A stretch of 64,000 bases of DNA, from positions 1-64,000 of the IMG/VR virus record IMGVR_UViG_3300048687_000087; one strand, written 5' to 3'. The DNA comes from a virus. Under the pieces are notes generated by a model. It ran no database searches. It had not been told where the DNA came from and saw only the letters and a program-made list of their open reading frames with translations. Positions 34,771 through 45,629 of the stretch are shown piece after piece; position 1 is the stretch's first letter, and each line of letters starts with the position of its first letter. The translations under genes and the position numbers were made by a program.

Positions 34771-37700
34771 ATGTCATTCCTCATCGCATCCGGGCACGTC
34801 GAAGTCGACGCCAGGACAGAGAAGGCCAAGGCCGCGATCACCGGCATCATCGGCGCGATGGGCGCCCTGGGGCCCGCCGCCACCGTCGCAGGCGCCGGAC
34901 TGGCATCAGCGGGAGTCGGCATCGCCGCATTCGGCGTGGCAGCCGGCAAGCAGGTCGCCGACCTGAAGAAGGCATCCGACGCCCAGAGCAAGTACCAGGA
35001 CGCCGTCGAGACAAGCGGCAAGACCAGCAAGGAAGCCGTCAAGGCCGAACTCGCCTACCAGCAGACCCTGGCGAAGATGCCGAAGGCCACCAAGGAAGCC
35101 ACCGCCGCATTCAGTGCGCTCAAGGACTCCTACAAGGGCTGGAGTGACTCGCTCGCCGGGGACACCATGCCAGTGTTCACCAAGTCTTTCCAGCTCTTCT
35201 CGGCTCTGCTTCCGAAGACGTCGGGCTTGGTACAGGGCACGTCGCGTGAGCTGAACCGCATGGTTACGCTGATCGCTGGCGGGGTGAACTCGCCGGGCTT
35301 CGATGCGTTCATGGGCAAGCTGACGTCGTTCAGCACGGCGACGCTACATACCCTCACCAGCGGAGTGATCAATCTGTCGCGGTCACTGTCGGGGTTCGCG
35401 GCCGGCGGCGGCTTCGACGGCTTCATGAGCAACGTCGAACGGGCCGGGCCCCTGATCGGCGAAACCCTCACCAACCTCGCCAAGGCGCTTCTCCATCTCG
35501 CGACGGCCGGCGGTGACATGGGTATCTCGCTGCTGACGGCCGCGAATGCGCTCGCGAAGCTCGTCAATGCCATTCCAACCGGGGTACTGAGCACGTTCTT
35601 GCAGCTGTATGCGGCGATGAAACTGCTGAGTGTCGGCATGCGTCTGGTCGGTGCCGTGGCGACTTCCACCGTGATGCAGAGGTTGGGGACGTTCTTCGCG
35701 GCGACGTGGGCGGGCGGCTTCCGTTCCGCGGTCAGCGGGGTTGTGCAGCGGATGTCGATGCTGCAGAAGGCGGCGGTAGGCCTGGGGGCGATCGCGGTCG
35801 TCGCCGTCGGCATCGACAAGCTGGCGGAGAAGGCGCGCGGTGCGCCCCCGGATGTCGACCGTCTGACGACGTCGCTCAAGAACCTGGCGACCACCGGGCA
35901 GTTCACAGGCGAGCTGAAGAAGTCGTTCGGCAACATCCAGGGCATGGTCAACGACCTCCGCAAGCTCCGTAAGGCGCAGCAGGAGATCGAAGACCAGCGG
36001 TCCAAGAGCAGCCAGAACGACCTGTTCAACTTCGAGAACCGCAGCAACCCGGTGGGCGACTGGTTCTGGGGCATGATCGATGACTTCAAGAAGGGCGGCG
36101 ATTCAGCCAAGGCGCTCGAGGACAAGTTCGGTTCACTCGACAAGGCCCTCGCCCAGCTCGCCACCTCCGGCTACGGCAAGCAGGCCGCGCAGGACTTCCA
36201 AGCCATCCGCACGGCGCTGCGCGCCGACGGCATGTCCGATGCCGCCATCAACAAGACGTTCTCCGGATACAAGGCCGCTGTCGCCGACCTCAAGGCCGAA
36301 CAGGCTCTCGCCGCCCAGGGAATGGGCTTGTTCGGGCAGCAGGCCGTCGCGACCAGCAACAAGCTCGCCGAACAGAAGGCCAGCGCGGACGGGCTCCGGC
36401 AGAGCATTCAGGCCCTCAACGATGTGAACCGGGCCGGACTGGGCGGCATGATCGGCTTCGAGCAGGCCATTGACGCCGCATCGAAGGCTGCCAAGGACAA
36501 CGCGGGCGCCCTGACGATGTCCCACGGCCAGCTCAACCTCAACAGCGCGAAAGCCCAGGCGGCAGCGACCGCGTTGAACGATCTCGCATCGAAGACCGAC
36601 GCCGCGGCGGCGTCCGCACGGGAGTCCGGGGCCTCCTGGGAGACCGTCAACGGCGTCTACAGCCGGGGCCGCGCCCAGCTCGTCGCGACCGCACAACAGA
36701 TGGGCCTCACCAAGACGCAGGCCGGTCAGCTCGCCGACCAGATTCTGAAGATCCCGGACAGCAAGAAGACCAAAGTCCAGATGCAGCGCGAGGACGCCAT
36801 CGCGGGCCTCAACGCCGTCATCTCCAAGATCAAGGCCACGCCGGGATCGAAGAGTGTCACCGTCAAGACGCTGTCCGCCAGCGCGATCAAGGCGCTGGAG
36901 TCGGTCGGCTTCAAGGTCACGCACCTGAAGGACGGCAGCGTCTCCGTCACCGCGAAGACCGGCACGGCGCAGTCCAACATCGGCAAGGTGCAGTCGGCGC
37001 GTGACCGGTTGTCGGGCAAGAACATCACCATCACCGCGACCTACCGCACCGTCTTCCAGACAGTCGGCCGTGCCCCGTCGCAGACGGCCAACCTGCTGCG
37101 CCAGCAGGCAAAGAACCTGGGCGGCGCCACAGGCGGTCGCTTCGGTGGCAGCTCGTTCCGCACCCACTACGACACGGGTGGGCGTGTGCTCGGCCCCGGT
37201 ACGGGCACGTCTGATGACGTGTTCGCGCCGTGGCTGTCGAACGGTGAGTGGGTCATCAAGGCCGCAGCTGTCGCGAAGTACGGAGACCGGTTCCTCGCCG
37301 CCGTCAACGACGGCAGCTACAAGCCGGGCCCGCACTTCAAGAAGGGCGGCAAGCTCTCCGAGAAGCAGAAGGCCGCCATCGCAGCCGAGAAGCAGCGACA
37401 GAAGGAAGGCAAGTCCGCCCTCACCTCCGACACGACGTTCACCACGGCGGGCCGGCTGGCCGGCTACAAGTACACGGAGACCGTGCACGACCTGGGCATG
37501 CCGGAGTCGGTGTCGTCGCTCGTCACATCGATCAACACGTACCTGTCGAACATCAAGAAGGCGTTCACCGGCAAGACCGAGGCCTACCTGGTGTCGAAGC
37601 TGCAGTCGTCCGGTAAGGCGCTGCTCGCGAACCAGAAGAGGCTCGAAGACGTCAACAAGCGTCTCGACGCCGCGAAGTCGAATCTCGACGACCTGAAGGG

Positions 37701-38481
37701 CAAGTTCGACTCGCTGAAGACGTCGATCTCCTCGTCGCTCGTGAGCTTCGGCAACATCACGAAGATCGGCAAGTACGGCACCAGCACCGACACGCTGATC
37801 AAGCAGCTGCAGTCCGACACCAGCCGGACCACTGAGTTCTCCAAGATGCTCGACCAGCTCAAGTCGAAGGGCCTCAACGCCACCGCGATCGGCGACATCG
37901 CCGCGGCCGGCGTCACGGGCGGCGGCATGGCCACCGCTCAATCGCTGCTCAGTGCAACGCCCGACCAGATCAAGAAGATCAATGAGTTGCAGGCGCAGCT
38001 GCAGAAGTCCGCCGACGCGGCGGGCGCGACGGCTGCGAACGCCATGTACGGGGCCGGGATCGCCGCCGCGCAGGGTCTCGTGAAGGGTCTCACCGCCCAA
38101 CAGACGGCTATCGAAAACGCGATGATGAAGATCGCGCAGTCGATGGAGAAAGCCATCAAGAAGGCGCTCGGGATCAAGTCCCCGTCCAAGGTGATGGAAC
38201 CGATCGGGGACTACGCATTCCAGGGCGTCGAGAAGGGCTGGGTAAAGCGCGCCGCAGCAGGCAACACGATGATCACAGGTGGTCCCGCGCTGCGTGCCAC
38301 ACCGAGCATGGTGTCGACCGGTACACCGTCTGCAACCGGCGGCTTCGTCGTCCAGAACCTGAACCTGACCATCAGCGGATCCTTCGACTTCGCCTCCCCG
38401 GCCGAGCGCCGTGCCGCGGCCAAGGCCCTGGTGAAGGACATCAACGACGAACTCCGCGTCTACCAGCGGCAGAGGAGCTGA
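34771..38481 (+). CDS. Tape measure protein
   Basis: 1236 aa, Ala/Gly-rich, GPGTGTSD...LSNGE, GIKSPSKV. Confidence 0.93.
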   Translation: MSFLIASGHVEVDARTEKAKAAITGIIGAMGALGPAATVAGAGLASAGVGIAAFGVAAGKQVADLKKASDAQSKYQDAVETSGKTSKEAVKAELAYQQTLAKMPKATKEATAAFSALKDSYKGWSDSLAGDTMPVFTKSFQLFSALLPKTSGLVQGTSRELNRMVTLIAGGVNSPGFDAFMGKLTSFSTATLHTLTSGVINLSRSLSGFAAGGGFDGFMSNVERAGPLIGETLTNLAKALLHLATAGGDMGISLLTAANALAKLVNAIPTGVLSTFLQLYAAMKLLSVGMRLVGAVATSTVMQRLGTFFAATWAGGFRSAVSGVVQRMSMLQKAAVGLGAIAVVAVGIDKLAEKARGAPPDVDRLTTSLKNLATTGQFTGELKKSFGNIQGMVNDLRKLRKAQQEIEDQRSKSSQNDLFNFENRSNPVGDWFWGMIDDFKKGGDSAKALEDKFGSLDKALAQLATSGYGKQAAQDFQAIRTALRADGMSDAAINKTFSGYKAAVADLKAEQALAAQGMGLFGQQAVATSNKLAEQKASADGLRQSIQALNDVNRAGLGGMIGFEQAIDAASKAAKDNAGALTMSHGQLNLNSAKAQAAATALNDLASKTDAAAASARESGASWETVNGVYSRGRAQLVATAQQMGLTKTQAGQLADQILKIPDSKKTKVQMQREDAIAGLNAVISKIKATPGSKSVTVKTLSASAIKALESVGFKVTHLKDGSVSVTAKTGTAQSNIGKVQSARDRLSGKNITITATYRTVFQTVGRAPSQTANLLRQQAKNLGGATGGRFGGSSFRTHYDTGGRVLGPGTGTSDDVFAPWLSNGEWVIKAAAVAKYGDRFLAAVNDGSYKPGPHFKKGGKLSEKQKAAIAAEKQRQKEGKSALTSDTTFTTAGRLAGYKYTETVHDLGMPESVSSLVTSINTYLSNIKKAFTGKTEAYLVSKLQSSGKALLANQKRLEDVNKRLDAAKSNLDDLKGKFDSLKTSISSSLVSFGNITKIGKYGTSTDTLIKQLQSDTSRTTEFSKMLDQLKSKGLNATAIGDIAAAGVTGGGMATAQSLLSATPDQIKKINELQAQLQKSADAAGATAANAMYGAGIAAAQGLVKGLTAQQTAIENAMMKIAQSMEKAIKKALGIKSPSKVMEPIGDYAFQGVEKGWVKRAAAGNTMITGGPALRATPSMVSTGTPSATGGFVVQNLNLTISGSFDFASPAERRAAAKALVKDINDELRVYQRQRS

Positions 38482-38485
38482 GCCG

Positions 38486-40129
38486 ATGCAGGGCGACTAC
38501 GGAGACCTCCAACTCGGCAGGCTCCTCCTCCGCGAGACCTTCAGGACGGGAGAAGCGAGCAGCGACAGCCGCAGCATGGAACTTGAGGGCGAGGAGTCGA
38601 TGCCGCCGCTCACCCGCACCCAAGTGGTGTGGCGGCACGACAACCTCCTCGCCCTCGAGCAGGGCGGCATCCTGCCCGTGACATGGACGGACAAGCCGGA
38701 GCGCAACGGCTACTACCGGCTCACCAGCGCCTCCGCGGACTACACGGAATACCGGGGCGAGGTCATCACCTCGCAGTGGAAGGTCGGCCTGGACCGACTC
38801 GGCTCCGACAGCGAAGTCGACCTGCAATCCCGCCTCACCGGCGTTGTCCGCGCCAACGACTTCAGCCTCACCGGCGAACGCTGGCATGCCCCGCCGATCG
38901 GTCACTACGGCTACTTCACGGGCACGACGAACCCCTCAACAATGACGCGCACTGGCGCCGAGGGAGCGGTCACCGTGTACCGGGGAGTGCCCGAGAACGT
39001 CGCCCCGCGTTGGGGCTGTGCGCCCACCGCCTACCTCGGCGGGAGAGTACGGATCACATCGGCAGGCACGGAGTTGTGTGGGGTCGACCAGGCCCTACCA
39101 CCTACCGGCTGGGCTCTCTCCAACGGACTGGTAAACGTCACGACCAGCGGCTCCGGGGCACTCGACGTGCAGACCTACACCGACGCAGGCTGGCGCTCCA
39201 AGACATGGAACGTCTCCGTCGCCGGACCAGGATCCACGATCACAGGGTGGGACGGCGCAACGGTGCTCCGCAACGACCCCGAGCAGGTCGTCCTACGTCT
39301 CACGAAGAGTCTCAACCCGGGGCGCGCCACACTCGACCTCACGCTCCGCCGCGGCTCCCGCTTCGTCGAGGGCTACCTCCAGACCGGCACGTCCACCACG
39401 CTGGCCGCCTACCTCGCCAGCGCCGAGATCTACACCAGCTTCGCAGCGTCCGGCTACATCACGGCCACCAACGACGACAGTGACGGCAACAGATTCGCCA
39501 TCGGCTCTGCCCGCTCATTCACCGTCCACAGCAATGGCGGCATCACCAAGAGCAGCACTACAAGACTCGACTTCTGGATCGGCGCCGTCGCCTCCCAGGC
39601 CACCCTCAACTCCAACCCGACTTTCGAGACCGACACCAGCGGCTGGTCTACCGTAAACGCCACCGTCACCCGATCCAACGCGCAGGCCAAGAACGGGTCC
39701 TGGTCCGGGCTGCTCACTGCTGGTTCAGGATCCTCACCGCGCGTCAACTCTCTCCCTAACTCTCCCGTCGTCGCCGGACAGAGCTATCGCTCATCGGGAT
39801 GGCTGTTCGCGCCCTCCGCCATCCCGACCGGTGTCGCCGTGAACATCAACTGGTACGACGGCAGCAACACGTACATGAGCACGTCCACGAACTCGACGAC
39901 ACCAGCCGCCGCTACCTGGTTCTTCATGGACAGCGCTTTCACCGCGCCGGTCGGCGCGGCATTCGGCAACGTGTCGATGTGGATGACCGGAACTCCCGGC
40001 GCCGGAACAGTCCTGCATGGCGACGATCTTCGGCTACGTGCAACGACGCCGTCCGGTGACACTGTCGTCGACTTGCAAAACCAGTACATCGCCGCGATGC
40101 CCGAGACGACGTATGCGGTGAGGCGCTGA
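38486..40129 (+). CDS. Distal tail/minor tail protein with carbohydrate-binding-like insert
   Basis: Follows TMP; NPTFETDTSGW module. Confidence 0.7.
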   Translation: MQGDYGDLQLGRLLLRETFRTGEASSDSRSMELEGEESMPPLTRTQVVWRHDNLLALEQGGILPVTWTDKPERNGYYRLTSASADYTEYRGEVITSQWKVGLDRLGSDSEVDLQSRLTGVVRANDFSLTGERWHAPPIGHYGYFTGTTNPSTMTRTGAEGAVTVYRGVPENVAPRWGCAPTAYLGGRVRITSAGTELCGVDQALPPTGWALSNGLVNVTTSGSGALDVQTYTDAGWRSKTWNVSVAGPGSTITGWDGATVLRNDPEQVVLRLTKSLNPGRATLDLTLRRGSRFVEGYLQTGTSTTLAAYLASAEIYTSFAASGYITATNDDSDGNRFAIGSARSFTVHSNGGITKSSTTRLDFWIGAVASQATLNSNPTFETDTSGWSTVNATVTRSNAQAKNGSWSGLLTAGSGSSPRVNSLPNSPVVAGQSYRSSGWLFAPSAIPTGVAVNINWYDGSNTYMSTSTNSTTPAAATWFFMDSAFTAPVGAAFGNVSMWMTGTPGAGTVLHGDDLRLRATTPSGDTVVDLQNQYIAAMPETTYAVRR

Positions 40130-42999
40130 TGGCCGTCACCGAAGTCCTCGAAGCGCTCGGCTCCTTCGAGATCAGCATCAATCCGGAGGTGCCGCGGGAA
40201 GTCCTCGACGCTGTTCAGTACTTCGGGCACATCGCGATCGTCCCCGGTCGTGTCAACCCTGCCGCCACCGGAGACGGACTCCTCGATGCTGCCCGCTACG
40301 TCGGCGTGGTGCGCGGCCGGGCCGTCGACGATGACCGCCGCACCAAGCGCGTCGAGGACGCCACCCGCATCAGCGGCGTCGGTATGGCGTTCTGGCTCGG
40401 AGACGAAGACGAGAAGGGCGCCGTCTACGAAACCCCCGTCGAGATCAACAGCGCCAGCTTCGCCAACTCCGTCCGCGTGCTCTTGCCCGCCTCCGGAGCC
40501 GTCACGGAAGGCACCCTCTACGGCGGCGTCGCAGGCGCCTACTCCGGCCGCCACCAGTACGAAACCCCACGCAAGGCCATCACCTACGTATGCGACACCA
40601 TGTCCACCACCACCGTCCCCGTCGGCTGGCGCGTCAACAACGACGGCAGCCTCGACGCCGGACCCGAGACCAGCCTGTTCAGGACCGCACCGACGTGCGT
40701 CATCGTGAAGACCGGAACCGGCGAGGATTTGGCGATGCGCGCGCTGCCTGGCACGACGGGCGTGAGCCGCGACATGGAGGACTACAGCACCCGCGTCGTC
40801 CTCCTCGCCGAGGGCGAGGGCGAATCGATCGCCACGGGCACCGCCAACCTTCCGACGCCGACCCTGTACAGGGACATTCACGGCAACACGCTTGAGCTCA
40901 CACGCCTGGTCTCCGAGTCCGACACGACGATCCCCAACGCGGACACCCGGGCCGCGGTTGCGCTCGCCCAGTACACGGCCAGCCGCGACACCCTGGAACT
41001 GTCCACCAGCGACTACGACATCCAAGGCTCCTTCGACGTCGGCGACTACGTGTGGGTGTACGACCCCGACCAGGGCCTCGTCGACACCAGCAACGAGATC
41101 ACGTTCCGCGGGCAGCGCATCAACCCGATCCGGCTCCGCATCGCCGAAACCAGCTGGCCCGTCACCGCCGGGAACACGGTCGCCTACCGCGCAGCCGACG
41201 GCACCTGGTACGACCTCACCGACTACACCGAATTCGAATCCGCCACCGACGTCCGCATCACCGTCGGAGACTTCGGCCGCGCTCTCACGACCGCCGGCAC
41301 GCAGCCCGTCGGCTCCCGCCCCAGCCAGGACAGCTCAGTGCCCGGCATCACCGCGTTCGTCACGCCGTTCGTAGGCACCGCTTACCTGACCGCCGAGGGC
41401 TTCACCCGGGCCCGCATCATCCTCGCCTGGAACGCACCCCTCAACGTCGACGGCAGTACCGTCCTCGACGGCGACCACTACGAGATCCGCTATACCGTCG
41501 ACACCGACACCACCTACTCCGCCACCTGGGCACAAGTCTCCGGCAGCGCCTGGCAGGACCTCCAGACGTGGGCGCAGCCTCTCGCCGCAGCGGGGGAGTG
41601 GCAGACCCAGTACGTCGCCTGGGGCGCCTCCACCGCCCAACTCCTCGACCTCTCCCCGGGCGTGGGCTACGACGTACAGATCCGTGCCGTCGACAAGGCC
41701 GGAAACCTCGGCGCCTGGTCGCCCGCAACCACGTTCGTCGCAGTCCAGGACAACATCGCGCCCTCCACCCCCGCGGCGCCTGCCGTGGCCGGATCGCGGA
41801 TCGCTCTGCAGATCACCCACCAACTCGGCAAGAGCAGCGGCGGCACCTTCAACTTGGAATCCGACCTCGACCACTTTGAGATCCACGTCGGCGCCGTCAT
41901 CACGTTCACCCCGGACACGACCACCCTGAAGGGCAAGACGCCCGCAAACTCCGGGATGATCCAGGCGCAGATCCCCGTCGTCGCCACCGTCCAAGTCGAG
42001 GAGACAACAGCCCGCTGGGTGAAGGTCGTCGCGGTCGACATCACCGGCAACAAATCCAACGCGTCCACGGCCGCATCGGCGACCGCGCTCCTCATCGACG
42101 ACGCCCACATCTCCGACCTCACCGTCTCTAAGGTCACGGCGGGAACCATCTCCGCGAACTGGCTCCTCGGCGCCAGCATCCGCACCGCCACCGCCGGCGC
42201 CCGCGTCGAACTCAACGCCGCCGGCCTCCAGGCCTACAACGCAGGCGGCACACGTACCGTCAACATCGCCTCCGCAGACGGATCCGTGAACCTGCTCGGG
42301 CAGATCGTGTCCGGTACCAGCGGCCGCCGCGTCGAGATCATGCCCACAAGCACGTTCCTCCCCGAGATCCGCTTCTACGCCAACACCGGCACCAACTACG
42401 CCTACATCAACGCCACCTCAACAGGCACCGACGCCAGCCTCGGCGTCAACAGCGGAACCTTCGACGACGCGGGCGTCACGGCGTACCACCGCATCTTCAT
42501 GACGGACTCCACGGCACGCTACGAAGTCATCCGACAGGACACACAAGCACGCCGAGGCGGATACATGATCCTCCAGCCCGGCGGCTACTACGCGGGCGTC
42601 AACTCCGGCGGCGCCGACGGGGGCATCATCGCCGCCGGTACAGGCCAGCTGAAAGCCGGATGGGACAGCGGTGCCTCGGCAACCGCCAACTACATGCTGT
42701 GGCAGTCCAACTTGACCCGCCACTTCGGACGTTGGGGAGACTTCTTCCTCCCCAACAGCAACGAAGGACTGTTCACCGGAACCGTCACCGGCCCTTCGGG
42801 CGGCACCACCATGTCGATGAGTTTCGGAACCACGATGGACACGCAGCTCGCGCCCATCGTCTCGATCCGCGACGCCCCCACGGTGGCGAACACGCGCGGC
42901 TTCGTGGTCAGCGCGTCCAGTACGACCGGCTTCACCGTGCAACTCTCCGGCGCCGCCGACGGCGCATGGTCCGTCTACTTCTGGTGCTTCAGGATCTGA
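40129..42999 (+). CDS. Tail hub/central fibre with FN3-like domain
   Basis: LSPGVGYDVQIRAVDKAGNLGAWS FN3 pattern. Confidence 0.75.
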   Translation: MAVTEVLEALGSFEISINPEVPREVLDAVQYFGHIAIVPGRVNPAATGDGLLDAARYVGVVRGRAVDDDRRTKRVEDATRISGVGMAFWLGDEDEKGAVYETPVEINSASFANSVRVLLPASGAVTEGTLYGGVAGAYSGRHQYETPRKAITYVCDTMSTTTVPVGWRVNNDGSLDAGPETSLFRTAPTCVIVKTGTGEDLAMRALPGTTGVSRDMEDYSTRVVLLAEGEGESIATGTANLPTPTLYRDIHGNTLELTRLVSESDTTIPNADTRAAVALAQYTASRDTLELSTSDYDIQGSFDVGDYVWVYDPDQGLVDTSNEITFRGQRINPIRLRIAETSWPVTAGNTVAYRAADGTWYDLTDYTEFESATDVRITVGDFGRALTTAGTQPVGSRPSQDSSVPGITAFVTPFVGTAYLTAEGFTRARIILAWNAPLNVDGSTVLDGDHYEIRYTVDTDTTYSATWAQVSGSAWQDLQTWAQPLAAAGEWQTQYVAWGASTAQLLDLSPGVGYDVQIRAVDKAGNLGAWSPATTFVAVQDNIAPSTPAAPAVAGSRIALQITHQLGKSSGGTFNLESDLDHFEIHVGAVITFTPDTTTLKGKTPANSGMIQAQIPVVATVQVEETTARWVKVVAVDITGNKSNASTAASATALLIDDAHISDLTVSKVTAGTISANWLLGASIRTATAGARVELNAAGLQAYNAGGTRTVNIASADGSVNLLGQIVSGTSGRRVEIMPTSTFLPEIRFYANTGTNYAYINATSTGTDASLGVNSGTFDDAGVTAYHRIFMTDSTARYEVIRQDTQARRGGYMILQPGGYYAGVNSGGADGGIIAAGTGQLKAGWDSGASATANYMLWQSNLTRHFGRWGDFFLPNSNEGLFTGTVTGPSGGTTMSMSFGTTMDTQLAPIVSIRDAPTVANTRGFVVSASSTTGFTVQLSGAADGAWSVYFWCFRI

Positions 43000-43000
43000 C

Positions 43001-43591
43001 ATGGCAGCTAGCGAATACACAGTCCAAGCGGTCAGCGAATACTGGCCCAACCCCGATACGCCCTGCTGGGCCGTCGACATGACGAAGCCGGACGGCGGCT
43101 CCCACCGGCATGTCTTCCCGAAGCACACGCTCGAGCAGCGCGCCGCCGAATATGGCATCGAACCGACCGCCGTCGAAGATCTCCTCGACATCGTCCTCCA
43201 CGAGCCCTACGCCCCCCACCCCGACGACCCCGACTCTGACGATCCAGCGGCAGCGGCGGGTCTCGTCTCCCCGGCGCTCGTCTCCCGCGGCGCTACCCGC
43301 AAGGGCGACCTCATCCCGACGACGCTCTACACCGCTCCGGACGCCGCCACAGCCCTCGCAGCGCACCGCACCCGCATCGACTACGCCAAGACCAAACGAG
43401 TCCGCGTCGCACCACCCAAGAACGGCAAGGACCCCCTCGACATCATCCGCGGCAACCACGACATCGACCCTGCCCGCGTGGCCGCCAAAGCGCAGACAAT
43501 CAACCATCGGCGCCTCGTCGCCCAAGGCCGCGCACAGGCGACGCCAGCGATCCCGAATGTTGCGAGGAAGGACGAACCCCACCGTGCCTGA
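43001..43591 (+). CDS. Minor tail protein
   Basis: Synteny. Confidence 0.6.
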   Translation: MAASEYTVQAVSEYWPNPDTPCWAVDMTKPDGGSHRHVFPKHTLEQRAAEYGIEPTAVEDLLDIVLHEPYAPHPDDPDSDDPAAAAGLVSPALVSRGATRKGDLIPTTLYTAPDAATALAAHRTRIDYAKTKRVRVAPPKNGKDPLDIIRGNHDIDPARVAAKAQTINHRRLVAQGRAQATPAIPNVARKDEPHRA

Positions 43592-44564
43592 AACCCCGAC
43601 CCCACGGCTCAGCCTCTACAAGCCGCTGAACAGCGGCAGCGAACTCGTCAACGTCCAACAGGACTTGAACAACAACTGGGACAAGGTCGACAGCGCCGCC
43701 GGCTTCCAGATCGTCACCTCAGGCACCCGCCCCGCAGCACCCTACGCAGGCAAGGCGATAGCCGAGTCCGACACCGCCTACCGCACCTACTTCTCCAACG
43801 GCACGGCGCCGGCGTCCGGCTCCTGGGTAGAGATCCCCAACAGCTCCGGCAGCTACGGCGGCAACCTCAACCTGGCCATCGGCAAGCAACTCAACATCGG
43901 CGGCTCGCTCAGCACTGCCGCTTACGCATGCGTGTTCGGCAGCTCAACCGGGGACTTCGTCATCTCCAGCCGGGTCACCGGCGACGGCACCTCCCGCCTG
44001 ACCCTGCGCGCCGATGGCCAACTCGGCTGGAGCTCCGGCGCCGCAGCCACCGACGTCACCGTCCAGCGCAGCTCCGCCAGCACCCTCACTCTCACCGGCA
44101 ACCTCACCGTCACAGGTGTCGGCCAGTACCAGTTCGTCCGCAAGACCGCAGACGAGACAGTCACCAACAGCGCCGCCTACCAAAACGACGACCACCTCGT
44201 CGTCCCTGTCGTCGCCAACGGCGTCTACCAAGTCGACGGCTACATCGTCTATCAGACCGCCTCAGCGGCAGGCATCAACCTGCGCATGACCGGCCCGACA
44301 GGCACCGGGCTCTGGACGTTCACCGGACTCAGCGCCTCGGGAGGGACGAACGACACGGCAACCATGCGCGCAGCCACCGGCACCAACGGATCGGGTACCG
44401 CCCTTCTCGGCGGCGCGTCCGGGAACATCTCCGCGTCACTGCGAGGCACCTTCACGCCCACAGCATCAGGGAACCTGCAGTTCGAGTGGTCGCAGAACGC
44501 GGCGAACGTGACCGGGACGATCGTGCGCGCGAACTCGTGGCTGGCCTTGACCCGTGTCGCCTAG
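43584..44564 (+). CDS. Tail fibre/receptor-binding-like protein
   Basis: TPRLSLYKP...DLNNNWDKVD N-terminus, beta-rich body. Confidence 0.7.
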   Translation: MPETPTPRLSLYKPLNSGSELVNVQQDLNNNWDKVDSAAGFQIVTSGTRPAAPYAGKAIAESDTAYRTYFSNGTAPASGSWVEIPNSSGSYGGNLNLAIGKQLNIGGSLSTAAYACVFGSSTGDFVISSRVTGDGTSRLTLRADGQLGWSSGAAATDVTVQRSSASTLTLTGNLTVTGVGQYQFVRKTADETVTNSAAYQNDDHLVVPVVANGVYQVDGYIVYQTASAAGINLRMTGPTGTGLWTFTGLSASGGTNDTATMRAATGTNGSGTALLGGASGNISASLRGTFTPTASGNLQFEWSQNAANVTGTIVRANSWLALTRVA

Positions 44565-44565
44565 G

Positions 44566-44769
44566 TCAGGGCTGCATCGTGCTCTCCGGGCCGGTGGACG
44601 CCGGATCGGGGGCCGGTGACGGCGACGAAGCACCCCGCAACTGCTCGAGCTCCGTTTCCAGCTCGGCAACTCGCGCCTTTAGGAGAACGTTCGCGTCCGC
44701 AGCCTGCCCGTATTCGCGACGGAACGCCTCGAGTGCGGCCTCGACACTGATCTGCTGGCCCTGACTCAT
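44566..44769 (-). CDS. Small coiled-coil protein
   Basis: ATGA overlap with the GT operon. Confidence 0.6.
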   Translation of the reverse strand: MSQGQQISVEAALEAFRREYGQAADANVLLKARVAELETELEQLRGASSPSPAPDPASTGPESTMQP

Positions 44770-45629
44770 GCGGTCACCTTCTCGGCGAGCTCCCGGTACC
44801 GGTCCAAGAGCGTCGTGTTGTTGAGGAACGGGTGCTGCGGGAAGAACGACCAGTGCGCGACCACGGCGTCGCCGCGCAAGATGTTCGGCACGCCCTTCGC
44901 CGCCGGCTGATGCACGGTGTGCCAGGACTCCTCCTCATCCGGGACGAGGATGCCGGGCTGGGGGAGCGCCGCATAGTCCTCACCGCGGGAGGCGAAGCAG
45001 GAGACGGAGAACTGGGTGCCGGGCTGCAGCGGGAAGTCCTGATACAGGTACAGGTCTTCGACCGTTCCGGCGGTGACGTGGTCGAGGAGCAGCTCGTGCA
45101 GCTTCACGGCGAACGGGCCGTTGGCCCAGCCGGTCGGGTCCATGCAGTACGGCCCCACCTCGCCCCACTCCATTGGGATCTTGCCGCACAGCTGCAGGAA
45201 GTGGGAGCAGATCGCATTGTTGATGATGATCGGAAACACCGCGACCGGGGCGGGCATCTCGATGCGGGCCCGCACCAGGTTCACGACCGCATCCTCGTGC
45301 ACGTACACGAGGTCGTCATCCATGCGCACGTACACAGTGTCCGAGTCGGTCATGTAGCGGTAGGCGAGCCCCGTGTACCGCTGTTTCGGCAGTCGGCCCA
45401 GGGCGATGCCCTCGGGGCGTTCTACGAGCTTGAACCAGTCGTGCTGGGACGCGAGTTCGTGCGCGTAGGCGATGTCGGCTTCCTGGCCGGCCGGGTCGGT
45501 GTTCATGTACGCCCACACCTCGTCGATCAGCCCGCGCTCGACATCGCGGCGCAGGTACTGGATCAGGATGCTGTAGGTGGGGACGCGCCCGTAGGGCGTC
45601 CAGGCGATGACACGCTTGCCGTCGATCAC
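44766..45629 (-). CDS. GT-A-fold glycosyltransferase-like protein
   Basis: YVRMDDDLVYV DxD motif. Confidence 0.7.
   Translation of the reverse strand: MIDGKRVIAWTPYGRVPTYSILIQYLRRDVERGLIDEVWAYMNTDPAGQEADIAYAHELASQHDWFKLVERPEGIALGRLPKQRYTGLAYRYMTDSDTVYVRMDDDLVYVHEDAVVNLVRARIEMPAPVAVFPIIINNAICSHFLQLCGKIPMEWGEVGPYCMDPTGWANGPFAVKLHELLLDHVTAGTVEDLYLYQDFPLQPGTQFSVSCFASRGEDYAALPQPGILVPDEEESWHTVHQPAAKGVPNILRGDAVVAHWSFFPQHPFLNNTTLLDRYRELAEKVTA

Noticed and set aside
43584-44564. Diversity-generating retroelement or invertible tail-fibre cassette
   Set aside because: No reverse transcriptase, template repeat or flanking inverted sites seen
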